The notes below the pieces were generated by a model. That model made no database searches and was not told the DNA's origin. It saw only the letters and a list, made by a program, of their open reading frames with translations. 64,000 nucleotides of DNA from contig JBNRSN020000039.1 of assembly GCA_051313645.2 (NCBI GenBank), positions 6,448,001-6,512,000 on the forward strand, read 5' to 3'. Source of the DNA: Centroscyllium fabricii. Taxonomy: Eukaryota. A program made the position numbers and the translations under genes. Shown here one piece after another: positions 1 to 12,265 of this stretch. Positions within the stretch are counted from its first letter, which is position 1, and every line of letters starts with the position of its first letter.

Positions 1-901
1 CTCTAGTCCCTCTTCACCCACGACTGTGCGGCTATCCATGGCTCCAACATGATCATCAAGATTCTGGAATACACCACGGTGGTTGGCCAGATCAGCAACA
101 ACGATGAGTCAGCCTACAGTAATGCGATTCAGCGCCTTGTGGGATGGTGTGCTGACAACAACCTGGCACTGAACACCAAGAAAACCAAGTAGATCCTAGT
201 GGTCTTCCGAAAGACTAAAAGCAGAAGACACCCCCCCGCCCCCCCCATCTTCTTCCAAGGGCTGAGGTGGAAAGTTTGTCCAGCTTCAGGTTCCTCGGGG
301 TCCACATCTCGGAAGATCTCTCCTTGTTATTAAACATTTCCTCTCTGATATAGGAGGCCCAACAGCGCCTGTGTTTCATAAGCAAGCTGAAAAAAGCAAA
401 ACTGACATCCGACATCCTCACCAACTTCTACCGCTACTCAATCGAAAGCATACTAACAAGTGCATCACAGTCTGCGATGGAAACTGCACCATCTCGCACC
501 GGAAGGCCCTGCAGCGGGTAATCAAAACTACCCAACGAATCCCCGGCACTTAGCCTCCGTCAATTGAATGCAGTTACCTTAAACGCTGCCTACAGAGGTC
601 TGTGATCATTAATAAAGTGCCCACACACCCAAGCCATAGTCTGTTCGCCCCCTGCCCTCCGGGAGACGCTACAGATCAATTAGCACCCCCACGACTCGAT
701 TCATGAGCAGGTTTTTTCCCAGTGCTGTCTGCCTCCTGAACTGTAGCAAAAAACTCAAATATCTGCGCAGCTGAAATATACTTTACTGCATGCAGTTGTA
801 TGTAACTTACTTGCAGTACTCTCGGCAGCGCCGAGTCTTCGTTTCGTTATATTGTACTATTACCCTGCAATAAAAATAAAATTTGAATTGAATTGAATTG
901 A
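1..901 (+). mobile_element. Rex1/Babar-clade LINE, degenerate 3' portion (RT C-terminus, 3' UTR, tail)
   Basis: Frame 1 reads L*SLFTHDC...MIIK(ILEY)TTVVGQISNNDESAY...WCADNNLALNTKKTK*, the Rex1 RT signature with a decayed FADD motif and stops. It ends in AATAAA plus (GAATT)n at about 868-901. Confidence 0.85.
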
Positions 902-943
902 GGTGAATTTCATGATTCCGCATTGCTTCTGCCCAACTATTTT

Positions 944-1690
944 GGCCCAAAAATTCGGGTGCAAAAGCCTGAGAACGGACGGTGTACCCACGCGAATGCC
1001 CAAGTATAGTGCCGGTTTCCTGCAAGCACTGATCCTGCGTGGGTAACCGTCACCTCCGTCATCCTGAAGGAAGGGTTTAGAAGGTGGAGCGCATGCGCGG
1101 GAGCGCAGCCATGCGCATTGCACTTACTTTTTTTTACCGGTTTTCGAAGCGGCGAATTCTGAAACATTTACACATGTAAAAAGCAGGTGGAATGCCTGCT
1201 TTTAACAAGGTAAGTGGAGATATAATTAACATTTTAGCATTTTTTTAACAGAGTTATTATTTTTGAATACATTAACGAAAGGTGAGTTTATTTTTTCCCC
1301 TTTAGAAAATCTATATATTTTTAATTAAAATTATTGTTTAACAGAGTTATTTGAAGTACTGTATAAGTAATTTAAAAGTGTGATTTATAAAAAGAAATTG
1401 ATGAATTTCTGATGATTTCAGGCTTATAATAATCAACGTTTTGACAGCTCTTTAGCCAAACATATGGATGGGTAATTCTCGGCTCCCATTGACTCTCCTT
1501 GGCCCACGTGATCCCAGGGGACGCAGCGAAATCACTGCGCCCCGGGGATATGCAAGCTCTGCGCGCAGGCCGTTGGATGAGGCCCAGGATCGGAATCGTG
1601 GGTGGGCCCACAGGTCAATGTCCGGCACGCAAAGTATGTGATGGTGTGAGGTTGCACCCGAGGGGAGCCTCCAAACCGAATTACTGACCC
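944..1690. mobile_element. MITE-like non-autonomous DNA transposon
   Basis: Imperfect terminal inverted repeats (ggcccaaaaattcgg ... ccgaattactgaccc), GC-rich subtermini and an AT-rich core. Same architecture as elements at 24.8, 31.4 and 47.4 kb. Confidence 0.6.
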
Positions 1691-2024
1691 ATTATGATTT
1701 TCTAACTGCCTAATAATGGGTTTCATCTTTTTCTTTGTTTCCAACTATCACTTTTGAGGAAATATCAATATGATACAACTAGACTATTGCATTATTAGCG
1801 GTAATCTTCAGGTGACTTTCCACCCAGTGGTCTCCTGCTGATACGCCGTTTATGAAAAGCGAAAGAGTGTGCAACATGACGTTGTGCAATGGAACAAAAG
1901 CGGCGTTGTCGGAAACGCCGCCCATCAAATAAAACACCGGATATTCAGTTCCAGTGCAGTCAATGGATCAGATTTTTTGGCGCTGCAAAAACAGGCGGCC
2001 GAACCGATACCGATAATTCTGCTG

Positions 2025-2562
2025 AACTGTACGAGACCATTTTCTACACTGAATGTATCGCAACTGTGTGCGAAAGCACACTTCATTTTGTACAGAGAAT
2101 AATCCAACAATGTGAGACAGTGACCTCCATGCCGTACAGAATATAACCCTACACTGTGAGAGAGCGTTCACCTGTGCTGTACAGACCATAATTAACATTG
2201 TTATAGAGCGCATTCCTTTCTTTACAGAACATAACCACCCAGAGAGAGTGATCTACACATTGTACGGAACATAACCCAACAATGTGAGAGATTAATCGCC
2301 ATTCTGCACAGAACATAACCAGCAATGTGAGAGAGTGATCTCGATTCTGCACAGAACATAGCCAGCAATGTGAGAGAGTGATCTCCACGCTGTTCAGAGC
2401 CTAATCCCACACGGTTAGCGAGTGCTCTCGCTAATTTACAGATCATAACAGTACAATTTGAGAGACTGATCGCCACACTGTACAGAACCTAAACTACAAG
2501 GTGCGAGAGTGATCGCCAAGCTGTACAGACCATAGCCCAACATTGCAGAGCTGATTCACAGG
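2025..2562. repeat. Diverged minisatellite, ~43-44 bp unit, ~11-12 copies
   Basis: Recurring unit near gtacagaacataacccaacaatgtgagagagtgatcgccacact, starting at about 2090, 2133, 2178, 2262, 2305, 2348, 2480 and 2523. Confidence 0.85.
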
Positions 2563-2889
2563 TATTTGTATGGTATCACTGGTTCATGATAAACGTTACC
2601 CTTTGTTTTCAGTCACCTGCAATCCCCTAAAATATCCCAATAATACTTTACGCAACCAAAATTGCCTGTATCAATTTTCAACGACATTTCCATTCATGCC
2701 TAACCTTCAGTTCCAAAATTTGCCTCAGGTTTCCCTGCCCGCCAATAAACAGTGTTTTAATGTAACAAACATATTTAATTCGGAACTTGAAAAAATGATA
2801 TTTCAACAACTTCTTCAATGAGATCAGATAGTTCTTTTCCGAAGTAAAATATTTTGAGTGGTCAATTTGATGTTTCCTATTCCTTGTAG

Positions 2890-3782
2890 TGAACTTGGTG
2901 TCGATTGTGATCCTGTCCCGAGGAAAGTGCGGTCTCTCCAAATGCATCACTCGGTACCTGGTCGCCATGGCAGCGGCGGATCTAATGGTGGTTATCATCG
3001 ATGTGATATTACATCGGATTAATAGCATGTATTTGCCAATTAGCTTCCTCTCTCTGACTCCGGTGTGCACTGTGAAGTTTGTCGCCTACATTGTCACTGT
3101 AGACTGTTCTGTTTGGTTTACTGTTGCCTTCACCTTTGATCGCTTCGTAGCAATTTGCTGTCCCAAGTTGCAATCAAAATATTGCACCGAGAAAACAGCG
3201 ACCGTGGTTATCATCACCGTGTTTATGTTGAGCTGTTTGCGGAGTGTTCCCTTTTACTATTTACCGGAAGCTCTCTTTATCATTGACAATGTGCCCTGGT
3301 TTTGTGTTGCAACAACTGATTATTTCACTTCCCCCTTGTGCAGGGTATACGAGTGGATCGACAGCATCATAACCCCTTTATTACCAATCCTTCTAATTAT
3401 GATGTTCAATGCGCTGACTGTCAGACATATTATTGCTGCAAATCGAGTCCGCAGGGGACTCCGGAACAACAGTGAGAATCAGAATGATGCAGAGATGAAG
3501 AATCGGAGAAAACCCATAATTCTGCTTTTCTCTATTTCGGCCAATTTCATCCTGTTGTAGATGATGTATGTTGTGCATTCAGTGAACTGGCCAGTGATAA
3601 ATTTTTATTATGAAGACAAATATCTCAGTAATCCGATATATATCACACAGCAAGTTGGGTTTATGCAGCAAATGCTTTGCTCCTGCACAAACACGTGTAT
3701 CTATGGACTGACACAGAGGAAATTCAGAGAGGAGCTGAAGAATGTGGTGAAATATTTGTTTAACCTAAAAGGGAAATTATAA
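2890..3782 (+). pseudogene. GPR139-like orphan class A GPCR, main coding exon, with one in-frame stop
   Basis: ORFs 2889-3560 and 3561-3782 are in the same frame and together give TM1(end)-TM7: NLVSIVILSRGKCGLSKCITRYLVAMAAADL, CSVWFTVAFTFDRFVAIC, FNALTVRHI, SANFILL*, SCTNTCIY, RKFREEL. TAG at 3558-3560 replaces the expected TM6 Trp. A pyrimidine tract and AG acceptor end at 2889 (phase 1). The short first exon was not identified. Confidence 0.9.
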
Positions 3783-3791
3783 GCAATTAAG

Positions 3792-4252
3792 AACTTGCAG
3801 TTCTATCGCGCCTCTCACCAGCTCGGGATGTCTCAAAACACTTTGCAGCCAATGAAGTAGTTTTTGACATGAAGTCACTATTGTCATTTAGGACACATGC
3901 CAGCCAACCTGCGCACAGCAACCTCTCACACAAAGCAATATGTTAACCAACAGATAAACTTATTTAATTTGAAAATGGATTTAACAGTAAATACTGGCCG
4001 GTATACCGGGGGGACATCCGCTGCTCCTCTTCGAAATCGGGGAAATGGAATTGTAGACGTCCATCCGAGAGGAAAGACCTGGTATCGGCTTACCGTCTCA
4101 ATCGAAAGCAGCTGACACTTCCGATAGACTGCAAGGGGACTACCCTGGAATGTTGACATATATACATATTTGCGCCCAAGCCTCTTGGAATTAGATTGTG
4201 AACCCAGAACCTTCTGAGATGAGACGCGTGAGTGTTGCCCACTGAGCCCCAT
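3792..4252 (-). mobile_element. SacSINE1/DeuSINE-like tRNA-derived SINE, degenerate
   Basis: Reverse complement gives a tRNA-like head (about 4190-4250), a Deu-like core and the tail gtgacttc...cttcattggctgcaaagtgttttgagac...ggcgcgatagaactgcaag, which recurs at 10.3 and 38.4 kb. Confidence 0.7.
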
Positions 4253-4399
4253 TAATAGATCAAACAACAGTGATTCACATCGACCTGGAGCCGCGTTTAC
4301 ATTTTGACAGTTCACTGTAAAGGGCGATTAGGAGAGTCATTACTTTCATCGAGATATTGGATTATTTTGTCAAATGGCCACAATATTAAATAGCAATTT

Positions 4400-5475
4400 A
4401 ACTAACAACTCATCTTCTGTACCTGGCTCCTATATTGGTAGATGTTTAACACTTATCCCTCTTCTCAGTATCTGCCCGCTAAAAAACCTGTATTGTCTTC
4501 CCCTCTTCAAAAATCAAACATGAATCGCTCCCTCCGGACAAAGTGCAACCCCATCTGCAACCTCCCGTTTTATCTTCAGAGAGCTTCATTATGTTGGCGT
4601 CTCCCAAGGGTGCACATCCTTTTGACATTTCGTTATTTGAATGCCTTCAATCAGTTTTCGCTCCCTGCCAAGGTAGTGAAATGCCCCGGAATAATGGAAT
4701 TATTCAAACACACTATCAGTGTTACCGTGGTGCACAATCCCATAATCTCACCTACGCCTCCACCTCTGCAGCTTTCGAAACGGTTGAATACACCATTCTC
4801 CTTCAAGTCCTCTGATCTGCTGTCCAGCTCAGTGCCAAAGTCCATGCTTGGTTCTACTCCTACCTGTCCTATAGTGGCCTCATAATTTTCCTTGGAGTCT
4901 AAAAGGATCCTTCTTGCTCTCTACCTCTTCTTTCTCATCTGCATACTGCCCTTTGAAGACATTCTCAGAACACATGGTGTCAGCTTCCACATATAAAATG
5001 ACGACGCTAATCTCCACCTCCCCACTACCCACTCTCAACACTTACACCGAGGGTTAGTTGGCAGACTGATTGACCGAAAATCTGTATGAGGCACAAATTC
5101 CTCCAGTTAAATACTGCGACGAACGAAGGCACCAAACTCAGCCAACAGGACAAACATGTGTCGATGGGGATGTTACAATTTCTCAAGGAGGCTTTGATGG
5201 CATTCCTGGAAGAGATTTATCTGCCCACCTGGGTCTCGCTTGCAGTGCCGGAGCCCCGAGTAGAGTGCTTATTTTTAGATTCCCATATCCGGCATGTGGA
5301 CAATGTGGACATCGGAGCTGATTGAGCATGGTCAAAGCTTCGAGCGCTCCACAACTGCTCTCAGAGAGTGTTGGAAAATGTTCGTCAGAGCCTCCGCTAT
5401 TTCCGCCCTTGCTTTTGTGTGGTACAATTTGTCCTACCTGAAAGGCGCTATAGAAATGCCAGTTGCTGTTGTCGT
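4400..5475 (+). mobile_element. L2-clade LINE, highly decayed RT and 3' end
   Basis: Remnants of QSGFR..HSTETAL (about 4650), SAAFETVEYTILL (about 4765) and FH.Y.DD (about 4985). Tail aaaggcgctatagaaatg plus (gtt)n-like repeats at about 5440-5475. Confidence 0.65.
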
Positions 5476-6883
5476 ATTTGTCGCTGTAACAACTCAATTC
5501 AAATACGAAGTCACAGGTTCATTATCTAACTCTAGGCATCTCAGATTAGCATCAGCGGTGAGCGAGGTCTTGAGGGCATAATACAGGATAACTTGCACAG
5601 AAGGCAATACATGTCTTGATTACAGTAATCCGTGTATAATGTATATCCCAAGTGGAGTTGCTCAAATAAGACAACGTTCTTTAAAAAAATGAACGTGTCT
5701 CTTGCAAATAAAAATAAAGTTCATTTTTTCCTCTTAATTTGCATATGTCTTTTGCCACGGAATTAAAGCAGTGTAGCGCTTGCAGGACCCAATAACCAAA
5801 CAGGAGCCGGAGAGACAGATAACCCTTTTTTAGTTACATTACTTAGCAAGAAAGAGACTGAACCACGAGGAGCAGGCCCATTTAAACTACCCGCTTAGTG
5901 ACCTCATCACGCCGAGAGATGTGGTGACGTCATCGCGTCACCCGGTGGGCGGGGCATTGCCCCGCAGAGCTCCCGAGGCGGATTCGTCAGAGGCTCGTTT
6001 ATTCTGGTGGTTTGATAATTAAGTTGGTTCATGACTGATAACACAGAATACTATTTTATAGATAGTTATCAGGTTGGAGGGACAGAGAACACAGCGACAC
6101 ACGAGGCATACAGCGAAGACAACGTGGGTCACAGTGAATCTTATGACAACAGTATTTATTCTAAAACGAATTTGAGTTTTGTTTCTGTCAAATTATCAAC
6201 AGTTACTCTTGAAATAAATGGCACATCACCAACAGTTGGCGCTCAAACAGTCCTGTCACATGGAGTATCGGCCTATTTTGAGTCTCCAGCCTTTGGAGTG
6301 GGGCTTGATCCCTCGACCTTCTGACTCAGAGATGAGACTGACCCCAACTGAGTCACGCCTGACAGCTGAGCAGGGTCTCCTTCTCCCCCCAGACAGGAGT
6401 GTGGACATGGTGAGCCTGAGCAGTAACTCGTTTGATGATCATAGGATCAGAGCTTCCTAGAGCACAGAAGGAGGCCAATCGTCCCAACTTGCCTTTGCTG
6501 GCTTTTTGAAAAACACGTTGGTGTCTGTGAGCCGGAGTGTAAGATGTAAGCGTGTAAGAGACCTCAGGAGGATATAGACAGCATGGCCCAGAAATTCACC
6601 AGGTGCGGTGAATGAAATTGGCGCGGTTGGATCGACTGCACGTTGTGCGCAGTTCTGATATTCTATTACTTTAGGTGCACACTTTTTGCGGCACCACCCG
6701 GCACACAGTCCTCGTCCTTCTGGAGAACGGAGTCATTTTACTTCATCAGGCAGAGAGAAAAGAGAAAACATGGATTGCAGCAACAAGTTAAAGGAATGGA
6801 GCAGCAGAGAGACTGGACGATTTATATACATAAATATATATACATTACAATTTTTCAAGGAGGATTTGAGGGCATTCCACGCC

Positions 6884-7650
6884 GGGCGGCACGGTGGCAT
6901 ATTGGTTAGCATTATAGCCTACAGCACTAGAGACCCGGTTTCAAATCCAGCCACGGGTACTATCTGTGTGGAGTTTGCACATTCTCTCCGTGTCTGCGAG
7001 GGTTTCCTCCGGGTGCTCCGGGTTCCTCCCCCAGTCCAAAGATGTGCGGGTTAGGTTGCTTGGCCAAGATAATATTGACCATTTGTGTTCGGTGTATTGA
7101 ATATAGAAACATAGATACTAAGAGCAGGAGTAGGCCATTCGGCCCTTCGAGCCTGCTCCGCCATTCAATGAGATCAGGGCTGATGATCGATACCCAGCAT
7201 CCCGCCCCTATCCTCTCCCCATATCCCTCTCGAGCCTGCATCAACACATATCCCACGCTATCCCCGCAACCCCACACATTCAATCCCCGTAACATTAAGT
7301 GTCAATATATCATGGCTAATCAACCTAAACCGCACATATTTGTACTGTGGGAGGAAACCGGAGCACCCGGAGGAAACCCACGCAGACACGGTGAAAATGT
7401 GCAAACTCCACACAGATAGTACCCGAGGCTGGATTTGAACCCGGGTCTCCAGTGCTGTTGGACAACAGTGCTAACCACTGTACCACCGTGCCGCCCCAAT
7501 GTGGGGTTACTGGGGTGTGGTGGGATATGTGTCGGTGCGGGGTCGATGGGGATCGAGTGATGTGGGGACAGGGTGGGGGCGGGGTGCTGGGTTTGGATGA
7601 TCAGCCATCATCACGTTGAATGGCGGAGCAGGCTCGAAGGGACGAATGGG
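6884..7650 (+). mobile_element. HE1-like tRNA-derived SINE, split by a nested antisense copy
   Basis: Head gggcggcacggtggc...ggtttcaaatcc and core tgtgtggagtttgcacattctc at 6884-7100. The body resumes at about 7498 (tgtggggtta...), colinear with the intact copy at 26237. Confidence 0.85.
7102..7497 (-). mobile_element. HE1-like SINE, full length, nested
   Basis: Reverse complement has a tRNA head with A/B boxes, the central core and a CR1-derived tail ending in tatgtttctat. Confidence 0.9.
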
Positions 7651-7659
7651 CGACACCAG

Positions 7660-9921
7660 CACGTTGCACCTACAAATAAAAAAGGGAAGATGTCTCAGGC
7701 ATGGCTTACATGGGAAATCACGGATATTATTAAAGCCAAGGAAGTGGCAGACAAATTGGCCGGATGTAGCAGCGAACCCGGGGACTAGAATTTTTTTTTA
7801 AACTCAGCAGAGGAGGACTAATGGTTTGATTAAGACAGGGAAAATAGAATATGAAAGGAAGCTTGCAGAGAACATTAAAACGGACTGCAAAAGCTTCTAT
7901 AGATATGTAAAGAGAAAGAGGTTAGCAAAAAACAAACGTAGGCCCCCTGCAGCCGGAAGCAGGGGAAGTCATAATGGGGAACAAACAAATGGCAGATCAA
8001 TTGAACAAGTACTTTGGTTCGGTATTTACTAATGAGGACACAAACAACCTTCCGGACATAAAAGGCGTCAGAGGGTCTAGTAAAAAGTAGGAGCTGAGGG
8101 AGATCCTATTTAATCGGGAAAATGTGTTGGGGAAATTGTTGGGACTGAAGGCTGATAAATCACTAGGGCCTGATGGTCTGCATCCCAGAGTACTTAAGGA
8201 GGTGGCCTTGGAAATAGTGGATGCATTGACTATCATTTTCCAACATTCCATGGACTCTGGATCAGTTGTGCTGGAGTGGAGGGTGGCTAACGTAACCCCA
8301 CTTTTAAAAAAAGGAGGGAGGGAGAAAAAAAGGATTTACAGACCGGTCAGCCTGACATCGGTAGTGGGTAAATTGATGGAATCAATTATTAAGGATGTCA
8401 TAGCAGACCTTTTGGAAAGTGGTGACATGATAGGTCCAATTCAGCATGGATTTGTGAAAGGTAAATCATGCTTGAGAAATCGTTTGGAAAGTTTTGAGGA
8501 TGTTTCCAATAGAGTAGACAAGGGAGAACCAGTTGCTGTGGTGTATTTGGACTTTCAGAAGGCTTTTTACAAGGTCCCTCACAAATTTAAAGCAGATGGG
8601 ATTAGGTGCAATGTGTTGACTTGTATTGAGAACTGTTTCGCACGCAGGAAACAAAGTGTAGAGGTAAATGGGTACTTTTCAGAATGGCAGGCATTGACCA
8701 GTTAGGTACTGCAATGTTCGTTGCTGCAGCCCCAGCTGTTTTCATTATATATTAATGATTTGGACGAAGGGATTAAATGTTCTATTTCCAAATTTGCGGA
8801 TAACACTAAATTGGGAGGCAGTGTGAGCTGCGAAGAGGATGCAAAGAGGCTACGGAGTGACTTGGGTAGGTTTGGTGTATGGGCAAATATATGGCAGATG
8901 ATGTACAAGGTGGATAAATGTGAGGTTATCCAGTTTGGTGGTAAAATAGAGAGACAGACTATTATTTGAATGGTGACAGATTAGGGAAAGGGGAAGTGCA
9001 ACGAGACCTGGGCGTCATGGTACATCAGTCACTGAAGGTGGAAATGCAGGTACAACAGGCAGTCAAGAAAGCAAATGGCATGTTGGCCTTCATAGAGAGA
9101 GGAATTGAGTACAGGAGCAGGGAGGTGTTGCTACAGTTGTCTACGGCCTTGGTGAGGCCACACTGGGAGTATTTTCAGCAGTTTTGGTCACCTACCTTGA
9201 GGAAGGACATTCTTGCTATTGACGGAGTGCACCGAAGGTTTACTACATTGATTCCGGGACGGCCGGACTGACATATCAAGAAAGCCTGGATCAACTGAAC
9301 TTGAACTCTCTGGAGTTCAGAAGAATGATGGGGGATCTCATTGGAAGGTTTAAAATCCTGACGGGGTTGTACAGGTTAGATACATATAGATACATAGAAA
9401 ATAGGTTTAACAGAATACCATTCTGCCCTTCGAGTCTGCACCGCCATTCAACACGTTCACGGCTGAGCATGCTACATCATTACCCCATTTCTGATTTCTC
9501 GCCAAAGCCCCTGATCCCCCTAGTTGTAATTAATACATCTAACTCCCTTTTGAATATGTTTAGTGAACTGGCCTAATGCTGGGGAAGTCCAGAACCAGGG
9601 GGCACAGAGTAACGGTAAGGGGTAAGCCATTTAGCACCGAGATGAGAGGAAACGTCTTTACCCATTGAGTAGTGCACCTGTGGAATTCTCTACCACAGAA
9701 AGTTGTTGAAGCCAGTTGATAAATATATTCAAAAGGAAGTTAGATGTAATACTTACAACTGGGGTGAGCAAGGGATATGGCGAGAAAGCAGAAATGAGGT
9801 ACTGATGTAGCATGTTCAGCCATAACCGTGTTGAATGGCGTTGCAGGCTCGAAGGGCCGAATGGTCTACTCCTGCACCTATTTTCTATGCAGCTATGTAT
9901 CGATCTATATCTCTATGTTTC
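7660..9921 (+). mobile_element. CR1 LINE, 5'-truncated and degenerate, with a nested antisense CR1 3' end at about 9381-9573
   Basis: Broken ORFs give GPDGLHPRVLKE, RPVSLTSVVGK, QHGFVKGKSCL, YLDFQKAF, KFADNT and LVRPHWEY. The 3' UTR has gctcgaagggccgaatgg and an 8-mer tail. Confidence 0.92.
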
Positions 9922-9934
9922 TATGTGTGTGTGT

Positions 9935-10095
9935 ATAAAGAGGAAAAACACAGATAAAGAGCGAAATAACGAAAGAAAGCGATATAAAGAATAAAATAAA
10001 GTATGGAAGAAAGAATGTAAGGAAGAGAGAATGAAAGATAAAAGAACGAATGGAAGAAAGGAAGAATGGAAGAGAGAAGAAAGGAAAGAAAGACA
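9935..10095. repeat. GA-rich low-complexity tract
   Basis: Degenerate (GAAA/GGAA)n. Confidence 0.8.
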
Positions 10096-10299
10096 AACGT
10101 CCATTCGTGCAGCGCACTTCACATCTTCCGAAGTTGCCAGATCTCTTCATAGCCAATTGCTTTTGAATTGCAGTCAATCTTGTTTCCCACATCATGTTGC
10201 CAAAAACATGATGTTATTTAACACAAACATGCAACACATTTCTTCTTGCGTCATTTCCAATTATAATCACAGCTGCAGTTAAATTTCTTTAGATATCTA

Positions 10300-10415
10300 C
10301 TTGGCAATCCCCACATTACAACAGTGACTACACTTCAAAAAGTTCCTCGTTTGCTGTAAAGCGCTTTCGGACGTCCTGAGTTTGTCAAAGCCGCTATAGA
10401 AATGCAAATCTTTCC
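10300..10415 (+). mobile_element. SacSINE1-like SINE 3' tail fragment
   Basis: gtgactacacttcaaaaag...gtaaagcgctttcggacgtcctgag...gctatagaaatgcaa. Confidence 0.7.
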
Positions 10416-11199
10416 TCATTCCCTACAATCTTTCGTTTTTTTCTACCATATCAATCGGTCGAAGCTAAAACAGAAAACCAAGGCATTTTGCAGAATCAAT
10501 CGCCGCTGGCGTTCATGACCACAGGGTCAAGAGGTTCTGCTCATATTTACTCAGAATGTTCCGGTATCTAATCAACCTCCTGCGCGTCATCCATTCCAGA
10601 GGTTTAATCTGGATCGTTGACGTGGTTTCGGCTTCAAGCATTAACCAGGAAGTGAAGTTCACTGCCCCTCAACTATCGGTGTAATGAAAGGAGACCCAGG
10701 CTATCCGCACGGTCCCGTCAAATAATGAACCTGTCTGCTTCTATCATTTAATACTATAAAAGTTTCAGATCAATCGGCCCGTAACCTGTAGTTTTAATGA
10801 AAGGAGACCCATGCTATCCGCATCTTCAGCTGTTCAAGAGAAATAACCTTTGCCGACGATACACTCTTTAAAGGGCAGAGGGCAGACGCACTGAGCTTTG
10901 TATCTTGAACGTGCTTCTCTCCAGGAGCTAGAGCAAGAACAATCAGTGAGTCACTTAGTCCTCGCTGTGACTGGCGCCTTTCCATCAGGCAAACCAATGT
11001 GGAAGTTGGGTAGAAAAGTATTCAGCTTTACATCAACCGACCTGATCAAATGCTCATCTTTTAATCATTAGGCCTATAATTGTGCCTCCGACGCTGGACC
11101 TAAATGGCCAGTATCTGATCGTCGTTAATACAAAGCCCAGGCTACCCAATCTTTCCTCATAGATAAAATTATCCAGTTTTGCTAACCTCCTTGTAAATC

Positions 11200-11820
11200 T
11201 CATAGCCCGGTCATGTTTCCCTTCCATTACTTATAAAATAACCTTTCGAAAGCTGCTGTTAATCTGCTTCCAAAGCCCTTTCAAGAAGCTAATTGCAAAT
11301 CTCAACAACTCGCTCTGTAAAACAAAACGTCCTTATATTCTCACTGGTTCTTTTGTGAATTATCTTAAAGCTGTTACCTCTGGTTGCCGATTATTCTGGA
11401 AAGTGTATCACCATATTTAATTCTCAGAATCTTCAAGATTCAAAATACCTCTAATAAATCTCTACTTAACTCTCTCTGCTCTGAGAAGAATTATCGCAGC
11501 TTCTTCTTTCTCTCCCCAGAAGTGAAGTCCCCCATCCCTGATTATTTTCCAGGAAATCTCTTCTGAACCCTATCCAAAGTTTTGGCCTCTTCCCTAAAGT
11601 GTGGTGAACAGAATGGAACATATTTCACATGCGTTTGCCTAAGCAGTAATGGATAAAGAATTAAAAATAGCCTCATCACTTTTCTACACTCTTGACAATG
11701 ACGAGGATACTTTAAGCGTTTTTACAGCTTCATCAGCCCCTCCTGTTACATACAAAGATTTGTTGCTAAACCCCAGGTTTCACTTCTCCTTCAGACCCTC
11801 GTAAATTACACCATTCCGTT
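11200..11820 (-). mobile_element. CR1 3' fragment, degenerate
   Basis: Antisense remnants of the ORF2 C-terminus and 3' UTR (cttccctaaagtgtggtgaacagaatggaaca; aatctgcttccaaagccctttca). Confidence 0.6.
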
Positions 11821-11834
11821 TTAACTTACGCGGG

Positions 11835-12265
11835 AATTCCCGCAGTTAGGGACTAGGCAGCTGGAGGCACAGCGGCCAATAATGAGACGAAGGAAATCAG
11901 GATGTGAAAAAGCTCAGATTCAATGTAGCACGCATTCCTCTGAAAGTAGAAGAGCGAGAGAAGATAACAGCAATATTAAGGGGCGAGCCCATGAAGGGCA
12001 TTGCACATAAGGATGATAATATTATAATCCAGGCGTTGCAGGACCGTGAGCCAGTGTAGGTCAGCGAGTACGGGGGTGATGGATGGACGGAACTTGGAGC
12101 AAATTATGATATGGGCAACAGATATTTGGGTGAACACTAGTTTCCAGATGGGAGGTCGTCCAGGAGAGCATAGTGGAATTTGGGGCTACCAAAGTCATGA
12201 ATGTGAGGTTCAGCAGCAGATCAGTTGAGGCAGGGTGTGAGACGGGACATTTTACAAATGTGGGA
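11835..12265 (-). mobile_element. L2 LINE 3' fragment
   Basis: gaattcccgcagttagggactaggcagctggagg and gagccagtgtaggtcagcgagtacggggg are the antisense of the L2 ORF2 end (TPVLADLHWL). Confidence 0.65.

Noticed and set aside
2025-2562. CRISPR-like appearance of spaced repeats
   Set aside because: Whole units are homologous with no unique spacers, there are no cas genes, and the context is vertebrate. It is a minisatellite.
5860-6000. CpG-rich patch with TGACGTCA and GGGCGGGG motifs as a promoter
   Set aside because: No linked exon was found and the patch resembles TE subterminal sequence. Motifs alone are insufficient.
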